A stretch of DNA of 64,000 nucleotides, taken from NCBI GenBank assembly GCA_026392515.1, contig JAPLBY010000034.1:300-64299 (forward strand). The letters run 5' to 3'. The notes below the pieces were generated by a model, which was not told the origin of the DNA, searched no databases, and saw only the letters and a program-made list of their open reading frames with translations. Made by a program: the position numbers and the translations under genes. Below, piece after piece: positions 28,479-35,925 of the stretch. Every line of letters begins with the position of its first letter. Position 1 is the stretch's first letter. The DNA comes from Actinomycetota bacterium. GTDB taxonomy: Bacteria > Actinomycetota > Actinomycetes > S36-B12 > UBA5976.

Positions 28479-29785
28479 GCTGACCTGCGCTCATTGCGAA
28501 CTTCGGCATACGCTTTTCCGATTGCCAATTCCGTTCTATCTAGCAGTTCTTCAGCAACTTCAGGCTTCAACAAAATACCTGGTTTGTACTGAAGTACTCG
28601 AGGATCAAGAGTTGAGAAGATTGCCCAAACACCATTTTCGTAAAGGTGACGCATTACGTATTTGGCACCTTGTGGGTGAGCAAATTCCAAGCCAAGGATT
28701 ACACCGTTTTGGCGAATGCCAACAAACCAATCAGGGTAAGTTGCCTGTATTGCAGCTAGGCGCTGACCGACATAATCGGCAATGTAATGAACCATGGAAC
28801 GTGTCTCTTCACGGGAGCAGACTTCTAAAGTTTTAAGCGCTGCGATACAACCAAGTTCGGCACCACCAAAAGTTGAGATATGGCCAAAGCCATCTTCATT
28901 AAGCCAACCGGCTGCTTTCTCAGTAGCAAGAACTGCAGCGATTGGATAAAGGCCGCCAGAAATCCCCTTGCCGGTAACAAGGATGTCTGGAGTAATTCCA
29001 TGCTTGGTAATACCCCAAAGTTCGCCAGTGCGCATCAAACCGGTTTGCACTTCATCTGCGATGTAAAGAGCATCGTATTTTTCGCACAGTTTTTTAACAG
29101 CTTCTAAGTAGCCAGGATTTGGAAGTGGGAAACCATACGTTGCTGGAATGGTTTCCATAATTACGGCTGCGACATCTCGGTCACGAAGCGCGTCTTCCAT
29201 GGCTTCTAGGTCATTAAACGGAACATGTGGAAATTCTTCTGGACGATCTGAAAGAAACAGTTTTGAGAAACGATCATCGCCAGTTCCAACAGCTAGTCCA
29301 GTGTGACCGTGGTAGGCCTTAATGATGGAAACAATTTTGCGCTTTTGCGTGGCATGACGCGCAGTCTTTAGTGCGATGTCAATTGCTTCGCCACCACCAG
29401 AGCCGTAAATAACTTTAGATAGTCCAGCTGGTGCTGACTTGATTAGAGCTTCGGCTAACGCAGTTCGAGCTAACGATGGGAAGTGGTGATTTCCAATATC
29501 AAAATGTTGCATTGCCATTGTTACGGCCTGAACAACTTCCGGATTTCTATGACCAAGGTTGTAAGTTCCACCATTTAGATGCGCATCAATTAAACGCTTA
29601 CCCGACATGTCGTAAATGAAATACTCTTCGCGTCGGTCAATTACTAGTGGGACACCCGAGTCGATCCAGAATTGAGTTTTGCCTGGATTCCAAAATTCTT
29701 TTGACTTCTCCAGCATCTGCTCTTTCGAGTCGTATGAGAATAAGCCGTAGTCGAATTCAGGTGCAGCTGTGTCTTCTTGTGTCAT
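28475..29785 (-). CDS. class III aminotransferase-fold PLP enzyme (candidate O-phospho-1-amino-2-propanol phospho-lyase)
   Basis: 436 aa. SGGGEAIDIALKTAR, AYHGHTG, ADEVQTGLMRTGELWG and LVTGKGISGGLYP (PLP lysine). The fold is clear. Lyase versus transaminase chemistry is inferred only from RMM-locus context. Confidence 0.8.
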   Translation of the reverse strand: MTQEDTAAPEFDYGLFSYDSKEQMLEKSKEFWNPGKTQFWIDSGVPLVIDRREEYFIYDMSGKRLIDAHLNGGTYNLGHRNPEVVQAVTMAMQHFDIGNHHFPSLARTALAEALIKSAPAGLSKVIYGSGGGEAIDIALKTARHATQKRKIVSIIKAYHGHTGLAVGTGDDRFSKLFLSDRPEEFPHVPFNDLEAMEDALRDRDVAAVIMETIPATYGFPLPNPGYLEAVKKLCEKYDALYIADEVQTGLMRTGELWGITKHGITPDILVTGKGISGGLYPIAAVLATEKAAGWLNEDGFGHISTFGGAELGCIAALKTLEVCSREETRSMVHYIADYVGQRLAAIQATYPDWFVGIRQNGVILGLEFAHPQGAKYVMRHLYENGVWAIFSTLDPRVLQYKPGILLKPEVAEELLDRTELAIGKAYAEVRNERRSA

Positions 29786-30156
29786 CCCGAACCCTTTCTC
29801 AATCTTGTGCGCTATCCGCGCGATGCCTTGGTAAACAAATGATTACATAAAATTACACCAAATGACCATACCTTTTAGCAACTTTTGGTTGAACTTTGGT
29901 TTAACAGATAAATCCGCTTAAAAACGGGGATTTACTGGCAAGTATGTCCGATTTGCGTATTTAAATCGAGATTTTTAGACCAAAATTGAAGTTTTGTTAA
30001 CCAAAAAAGTTCGAGAAACTAGCCAAATCTCATTGTGCTTGGGTTCGTTATCTGGCAAGGTCGATCCAATCGTGTGACTCAGGTCACCCGCAACTGAGCA
30101 ATATCAAGTGAGCAATGTTGGGAACTTCCCGGCGTTACAACGAAAGGGTCGAATAC
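29786..30156. promoter_or_regulatory. AT-rich divergent control region between the BMC operon and the permease gene, with repeated TTGGT-containing motifs
   Basis: Forward copies: TTGGTAAAC 29828-29836, TTGGTTGAAC 29885-29894, TTGGTTTAAC 29896-29905. Reverse copies: CACCAAA 29856-29862, TAGACCAA 29976-29983, GTTAACCAA 29996-30004. Candidate GntR operator half-sites. No promoter was mapped. Confidence 0.35.
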
Positions 30157-31737
30157 ATGTCGACAAATAACGAAAGCCAAAAAGGCCTTCGCAAGGGTGC
30201 CATTGGCTTAACCGCTGTTCTGTTCATGGCCGTAGCTAACGCTGCACCAATCACTGCGATGAGCTTTAACGTTCCAATCGGCGCGGGTTACGGTAACGGA
30301 CTCGGCGTACCGGCTGGATTCTTATTCGCAACGATAGTTCTATCCATCTTCGCAATTGGTTTCTCGGCAATGGCCAAGCACATCACGACTGCTGGTGCCT
30401 TCTACGGTTTCATTTCACATGGCCTTGGACAAGTTTGGGGTATGGCAGCTGGCTTGCTCGCAACCATTGCCTACATTCTTTTTGAAGGCACCCTCATCGG
30501 TGGCTTCGCGTTTTTCGCGGCCAACACATTGAGTTCAATGGCCGGGATCGAAGTCAATTGGTTGATTATTGCAATCGGCGGAATGATCCTGATCTGGGTT
30601 CTGACTTACTTTGACATCACGGTTGCTGCAGCCGTACTCGGCGTAACTCTCGTTGCTGAAGTTTTGCTACTTCTAGCATTTGGTATCAGTGTTCTAACTA
30701 AGGGTGGTCCAGATGGGTTCATGTTTAGTGAAACCGTTTCACTTGCCAATGCCTTTACCGGATTAGAAGCTAATGCCTACGGCACAACAGTTGCCGCTGG
30801 TACTGCTGCTCTAGGTATCTTCTTCGCTTTCTGGTCATGGATTGGTTTTGAAACCACTGCTGCTTACGGCGAAGAGTCCAAAGATCCAAAGCGTGTTGTT
30901 CCTCGTGCAACCATGATCGCCGTTGTCGGACTTGGCTTGTTCTACACCTTTGTTTCCTGGATGGTAGTTGTTGCTAACGGTCGAAAGGCAACCGTCGAAG
31001 TATCTACATACTCGACTGGAAACCCAATCGACTTGTGGTTGATTCCAGTTACCGACAACTTAGGATCATTGACAACCAGCTTCTATCGCGTGCTGCTGGT
31101 AATCGGATCATTCGCATGTGCATTGGCGTTCCATAACGCTGCATCTCGATATGTATTTGCGCTTGGCCGCGAACTTCCATTCGCTGGAGTTCGTAACCGA
31201 CTATCGAGCACTCATCCAAAGCATCAGTCACCAGCTGTGGCATCAACTGTCGTTACAGTAATCAACATCGTGATGGTTCTGCTGTTCGCAACCTTCTCAA
31301 CTGCCTGGACATCCGATCCAGCTGAAGCTGGAGCGACATCAGATCCAAGTTTGATTCCATATGGCGTTATTTACACCGTGCCTTCACTGGTAGGAACTGC
31401 GTTTATCTTGGTGGTACAGGTAATCTGCTCATTTGCAGTTATCGGATACTTCTGGGGCAAGAAGAAGCACAAGGGCAATGTTCTAACTACCCTGGTTGCT
31501 CCACTTGTTGGTGCTGCAGGCATGATCTACGCCTTGACACTTCTATTCGGCGCTGTTGGCTCAGGCTTCGCAGCTGGGTACCAGTCAAACTCGTTGATGG
31601 TCAAGTACTTGCCATACGAAATTGCTGGCACCTTGATCTTCGGTTTGCTTTACGCCCTATGGGTTAAGTCAAAGCATCCAGAAATCTACGAAGAAATTGG
31701 TCGTACGACTATGGAAGAAGCTCACGAACGCGCTTAG
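30157..31737 (+). CDS. APC-superfamily amino acid/amine permease
   Basis: About 12 TM segments. Start set at MSTNNESQKG (ATG at 30157) after GAAAGGG. The ORF-track start at 30115 adds 14 aa. Divergent from the BMC operon, as in RMM loci. Confidence 0.85.
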   Translation: MSTNNESQKGLRKGAIGLTAVLFMAVANAAPITAMSFNVPIGAGYGNGLGVPAGFLFATIVLSIFAIGFSAMAKHITTAGAFYGFISHGLGQVWGMAAGLLATIAYILFEGTLIGGFAFFAANTLSSMAGIEVNWLIIAIGGMILIWVLTYFDITVAAAVLGVTLVAEVLLLLAFGISVLTKGGPDGFMFSETVSLANAFTGLEANAYGTTVAAGTAALGIFFAFWSWIGFETTAAYGEESKDPKRVVPRATMIAVVGLGLFYTFVSWMVVVANGRKATVEVSTYSTGNPIDLWLIPVTDNLGSLTTSFYRVLLVIGSFACALAFHNAASRYVFALGRELPFAGVRNRLSSTHPKHQSPAVASTVVTVINIVMVLLFATFSTAWTSDPAEAGATSDPSLIPYGVIYTVPSLVGTAFILVVQVICSFAVIGYFWGKKKHKGNVLTTLVAPLVGAAGMIYALTLLFGAVGSGFAAGYQSNSLMVKYLPYEIAGTLIFGLLYALWVKSKHPEIYEEIGRTTMEEAHERA

Positions 31738-31745
31738 CGTTCACC

Positions 31746-31785
31746 AAAAACTGGGTGTCAGCATTGCTGGCACCCAGTTTTTTTG
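31746..31785 (+). terminator. Rho-independent terminator
   Basis: aaaaactgggtg / cacccagttttt stem around a 13-nt loop, followed by a T-run (31778-31784), 8 nt after the permease stop. Confidence 0.8.
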
Positions 31786-31810
31786 ATCACATATTTGGGT
31801 TAAAACTTAA

Positions 31811-32887
31811 GTGTCAAAGCGGTTGATCCACAAGAATAAAGAGATGGCAACTGAAATTGAAGTTTGTAACTGGTCCCCTGACGAAGACGCCGATCCGGCA
31901 ACGCACACCTTTACTTTCGGCGGACGCAAACCAGTAATCAGTGTTAAGCCAGGAACCATAATTGACTCCTGGTCATTTGATTGCTTTGGTGGCCGCGTCA
32001 AGTCAGCAACCGACATGTCAACACAGGTTTGCGATCCACGATTCCTAAATCCACAAACTGGTCCGTTTTATGTTGAAGGCGCAGAGCCTGGTGACACGCT
32101 TGCTGTTCACTTTGTGTCGATTGAACCCCGAGAAGCTTGGGGCGTCAGCACAACTGTTCCATTTTTTGGGGCGCTGACTTCCACTCCGACAACTGCAACC
32201 TTGCAACCAGCACTTCTGGAGCGCACTTGGATCTATGAGTTGGATCTAAAAGATCGTCTTGTGCGTTATGCAGCTGCAGACACGAAATTTACTGCTGCAC
32301 TTCCGCTTGATCCAATGCATGGAACGGTTGGTGTGGCACCGGCTCTTGGTGAAGTTAGATCGTCACTGACACCAGGTAACTGGGGTGGAAATATGGATAC
32401 TCCAGAAATGCGAGCTGGCGTTACTTGTTATCTCGGCGTCAACGTTGAAGGTGCACTGTTTTCATTTGGTGACGGTCACGCCCGTCAAGGCGAAGGTGAA
32501 ACGTGTGGCGTGGCAGTTGAAACCGCAATGGATACTGTCTTGATTTTGGACCTTATTAAAGGCAGCCAAACTCCATGGCCGCGAATTGAATCCGATTATC
32601 ACATCATGACAACTGGATCAACCAAACCTCTTGAAGATGCGTTTCGAATTGCCCACTGTGAGATGGTGCATTGGGTCAGTGACTTAACTGGTCAATCAAC
32701 TTTGGATAGTTACCAGTTTGTCTCGCAAACTGCACTTACTCCAGTAGCAAACGTTGTTGATACGAACTACACCATGGTGGCTAAAGTCGCTAAAGATTAT
32801 TTGGGTAATGTGAACGTCATGCAGGGTATGCATCAAAAAATGCGAGCTCGCGCAGCGCAATGGCACGACTATCAGAAGGGTAAGTAA
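31811..32887 (+). CDS. acetamidase/formamidase-family amidohydrolase (FmdA/AmdA-like)
   Basis: 358 aa. TGPFYVEGAEPGDTLAVHF, GNWGGNMDT and FSFGDGHARQGEGE are family-typical. Start is uncertain (GTG at 31811 or ATG at 31844). Confidence 0.75.
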   Translation: MSKRLIHKNKEMATEIEVCNWSPDEDADPATHTFTFGGRKPVISVKPGTIIDSWSFDCFGGRVKSATDMSTQVCDPRFLNPQTGPFYVEGAEPGDTLAVHFVSIEPREAWGVSTTVPFFGALTSTPTTATLQPALLERTWIYELDLKDRLVRYAAADTKFTAALPLDPMHGTVGVAPALGEVRSSLTPGNWGGNMDTPEMRAGVTCYLGVNVEGALFSFGDGHARQGEGETCGVAVETAMDTVLILDLIKGSQTPWPRIESDYHIMTTGSTKPLEDAFRIAHCEMVHWVSDLTGQSTLDSYQFVSQTALTPVANVVDTNYTMVAKVAKDYLGNVNVMQGMHQKMRARAAQWHDYQKGK

Positions 32888-33321
32888 TGCCAAGAGTTGA
32901 ACGTATGGAAATCGATTTAGCACTAGCCATCGAAATGACCAACGCTGCAAAGGCTAAGGCGATTGAAATAAGTGCGCCTATGTCAATTGCAGTACTCGAT
33001 GCTGGCGCTAACTTGCTGAGCTTCCAAAGAATGGATGGCGCGGAATTAGCTGGACCGAATTTGGCGGTTGATAAGGCTTACACCTCGGTAACGAATCGAA
33101 TTGATACCGGTGACTTGCGAAGTCGCGTTGCTCCTGATGGTGACTTGCCTGGCATGAGTGCAAATGGCAATGGTCGTTACATCGCATTCACTGGTGGCAT
33201 TCCGTGCTGGGATGGCGATCGAGTAGTTGGAGCAATTGGCGTAAGTGGTGGTTCTTGGGAAGAGGATCAAATTTGTGCTGAAGCTGGAATTGAAGTCTTC
33301 AAGCGAGCTTGTAGCGCATGA
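32887..33321 (+). CDS. GlcG/DUF336 (PduO C-terminal domain-like) protein
   Basis: 144 aa. MSIAVLDAGANLLSFQRMDGA...AVDKAYTS...GGIPC..DGRVVGAIGVSGG fits the GlcG/HbpS-like family often encoded next to diol or glycerol dehydratases. ATGA overlap with the next gene. Confidence 0.75.
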   Translation: MPRVERMEIDLALAIEMTNAAKAKAIEISAPMSIAVLDAGANLLSFQRMDGAELAGPNLAVDKAYTSVTNRIDTGDLRSRVAPDGDLPGMSANGNGRYIAFTGGIPCWDGDRVVGAIGVSGGSWEEDQICAEAGIEVFKRACSA

Positions 33322-35552
33322 CTAACAAAGAACCGATTGGCCGCTTTCGGTTCATGAATGAACAGCGGGTCAATTTAGACGGCTTCGCTACACCGGCACC
33401 TGAACTCGGCTTAGTTGCATTTAACGGATTAAACGATCCAAAACCTTCCTTAATAATTCGTGATAACCGAATTATCGAAATGGATGGTCGTGCTGAATCT
33501 GAATTCGACTCAATTGATGAATTCATTGCCCGCCATGGTTTAGATCTAGGGGTTGCCCAAGAAGCAATGGCAATTGCAGACATTGACTTTGCTCGAAGAC
33601 TTGTGGATCCAAATCACTCTCGCGCAGACATTGTGCGACTTTCCTCAGGCATGACACCTGCGAAATTGGCAGCAGTTCTTTCGCTATTAAGTGCTGCAGA
33701 ACTTGTTATCGCAATGGCAAAAATGCGGGCACGACGAACGCCAAGTAACCAGGCACACGTCACAAATAGATCTGATGATCCACTCTTGCTTGCAGCTGAC
33801 GCTGCAACTGCCGCCGCTTTTGGTTTTCGCGAACTTGAGACTACGGTCCCGGTAGCAGCAGATGCACCATCTAATGCTGTTGCAGTTTCTATTGGCGCGG
33901 CAGTTGGGTCACCTGGCGTCTTAGTTCAATGTTCGGTTGAAGAATCAGCAGAGTTGGCATTAGGTATGCGTGGATTGGTTTCCTATGCCGAAACGGTTTC
34001 GCTTTATGGAACAGAGCAAATCTTTATTGATGGTGATGACACTCCTTGGTCAAAAGCATTCTTAACTAGCGCTTACGCAAGTCGCGGCATAAAGATGCGT
34101 GTAACTTCCGGTGGCGGATCTGAAGCCCTGATGGGTGGCGCTGAAATGTGCAGCATGTTTTACCTTGAAGCTCGATGCGTTGCACTAGCCCGAGCAATTG
34201 GCGCTCAAGGTGTGCAGAACGGTGGCATTGATTCTGCTGCGGTAGCCGGCGCCGTTCCTGGTGGCGTTCGTTCTCTGATGGCAGAAAACGTAATGGTTAT
34301 GATGCGAAACTTGGAAGCCTGTACTGGAAACGACGCTTTGATGAGTGAGTCAGATGTCAGGCGAACCTCTCGCACTCATCCAATCTTTATCGGTGGCTCT
34401 GACTTCATAAATAGCGGCTTTGGTTCGATTCAGCGCTACGACAATATGTTTGGTCCTAGTCAGTGGAACTCAGAGGACATAGATGATTTCTTAGCCATGC
34501 AACGTGACTGGGGTGTTGATGGCGGGCTTAGAACTGCGGACGAAGTAGAAGTTGAAAGACTTAGGCGCCGAGCTACTGAAGCAGTTACTGCGGTTTATTC
34601 CTGGCTTGGACTTGGAGACTTCTCGCAAGAGTGGGCCGAAGAAGCTATCGACGCAGCTGGATCAAAAGACATTTCTTCTGGCGACTTAATGCTTCCACTA
34701 ACTGCTGCCCGCACAATAATGGAAACTAACGTCACGATGCTCGACGTTATTGCCGCGCTTGCGGAAAATGGTTTTGATCTAGAAGCCCAAAGATGTCTCG
34801 ATATGCTTAAAGCTCGTGTGGCCGGTGACTATTTACAAACCTCAGCAATTTTTGATGAGCAAATGAATGTTCTATCGCTGGTCACTGATCCAAATGAATA
34901 TTCAGGACCAGGTACTGGTTACCAACCAAGCAGCGCTCGGCAAACGGAAATCGACACAATTCGCCAACAGCGTTCAGTTTCAGACTTGCGGACTGAGCAG
35001 CAAAGTTTTGCGAATAAAAATATTTTTGCATCTGGTGCTGCTGAGACAAGTTACGATCCTCGCGATGTTGTTATTGGAGTTTCGCCAGCAACTGGAAAAG
35101 ATATCTGGGTAACGCTCTCTGGATTAAGTCTTGCTGACGCAATATCAGAAGTCCTCGCAGGTTTAGAAGAAGAAGGATGCACTGGACGAATCGTCAGAAT
35201 TAACGACTCTCTCGATTTAGGAATGATTGGTCTTACTGCAGCCAGACTTTCTGGTTCAGGAGTCAGCGTTGGACTACAAGCAAAAGGTACGGCCTTGATT
35301 CATCGCAGAGATCTTGCGCCGTTAGCAAATCTAGAACTGTATTCAGTAGCACCAACTATCACCCGTGAGCTTTATCGCATGATGGGTATCAATGCTGGCC
35401 GTCATGCCAAGGGCGCCACTCCTGAGCCCGTTAGAAATCCTTACTCAGACGAGGCAATCGAAGCGCGCTATCACACCAAAGTAGTTTCGCTAGTTGCGAT
35501 TGAGCGTGAGTGCGTGAATAGTAACGGACCTGAAGTTATGGAGCTTAGATAG
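33318..35552 (+). CDS. pduCD: B12-dependent diol/glycerol dehydratase, fused large (PduC-like) and medium (PduD-like) subunits
   Basis: 744 aa. Residues 1-~560 align by eye with PduC (KMRARRTPSNQAHVTN, GFRELETTV, VQCSVEESAELALGMRG, YAETVSLYGTE, DDTPWSKAFLTSAYASRGIKMR, YDNMFGPSQ, GDYLQTSAIFD). Residues ~582-744 align with the PduD core (RLSGSGVSVGLQAKGTALIH..LANLELY). The N-terminal ~45 aa of free-standing PduD are absent. Confidence 0.92.
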   Translation: MTNKEPIGRFRFMNEQRVNLDGFATPAPELGLVAFNGLNDPKPSLIIRDNRIIEMDGRAESEFDSIDEFIARHGLDLGVAQEAMAIADIDFARRLVDPNHSRADIVRLSSGMTPAKLAAVLSLLSAAELVIAMAKMRARRTPSNQAHVTNRSDDPLLLAADAATAAAFGFRELETTVPVAADAPSNAVAVSIGAAVGSPGVLVQCSVEESAELALGMRGLVSYAETVSLYGTEQIFIDGDDTPWSKAFLTSAYASRGIKMRVTSGGGSEALMGGAEMCSMFYLEARCVALARAIGAQGVQNGGIDSAAVAGAVPGGVRSLMAENVMVMMRNLEACTGNDALMSESDVRRTSRTHPIFIGGSDFINSGFGSIQRYDNMFGPSQWNSEDIDDFLAMQRDWGVDGGLRTADEVEVERLRRRATEAVTAVYSWLGLGDFSQEWAEEAIDAAGSKDISSGDLMLPLTAARTIMETNVTMLDVIAALAENGFDLEAQRCLDMLKARVAGDYLQTSAIFDEQMNVLSLVTDPNEYSGPGTGYQPSSARQTEIDTIRQQRSVSDLRTEQQSFANKNIFASGAAETSYDPRDVVIGVSPATGKDIWVTLSGLSLADAISEVLAGLEEEGCTGRIVRINDSLDLGMIGLTAARLSGSGVSVGLQAKGTALIHRRDLAPLANLELYSVAPTITRELYRMMGINAGRHAKGATPEPVRNPYSDEAIEARYHTKVVSLVAIERECVNSNGPEVMELR

Positions 35553-35554
35553 TT

Positions 35555-35920
35555 ATGCGTGAACAAAAAGGTTTTTCTGGGAAAAACGTTTCTGAAGTAA
35601 CTGTTGAGTCAATTCGACGCGGCGACATTACTCTCGACGATGTCAGAATCCATCCTGAAACTTTGGCAAAGCAAGCCCAAGTAGCCAGAGACAATGGCAA
35701 TCCACAATTAGCTGAAAACTTTCTTCGCGCCGCAGAGCTAACTTCGTTATCAGACGAGTTAGTTATGGGTTACTACGATGCCTTGCGTCCGGGACGTTCA
35801 ACTCCCACACAGCTATTAGAAATTGCCGACGACTTATCAAAGCATGGTGCGGAAAAGAACGCAGAACTATTTAGGCAAGCGGCAGATGTCTATGCTCGTC
35901 GTGGTTTAGCAGCAAAATAG
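35555..35920 (+). CDS. pduE: diol dehydratase small subunit (PduE-like)
   Basis: 121 aa. DDVRIHPETL..QA..A...G...LA.NF.RAAELT...D.....YY.ALRPGRST...LL.IADDL matches the PduE core. Lacks the N-terminal extension of enterobacterial PduE. Confidence 0.88.
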   Translation: MREQKGFSGKNVSEVTVESIRRGDITLDDVRIHPETLAKQAQVARDNGNPQLAENFLRAAELTSLSDELVMGYYDALRPGRSTPTQLLEIADDLSKHGAEKNAELFRQAADVYARRGLAAK

Positions 35921-35925
35921 TTCTC

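Noticed and set aside
12432-29785. Functional link between the BMC locus (aminoacetone derives from threonine) and the nearby threonine biosynthesis genes hom-thrC-thrB.
   Set aside because: The argS-lysA-hom-thrC-thrB-rho block is conserved synteny in actinobacteria that lack this BMC. The proximity is most likely coincidental.
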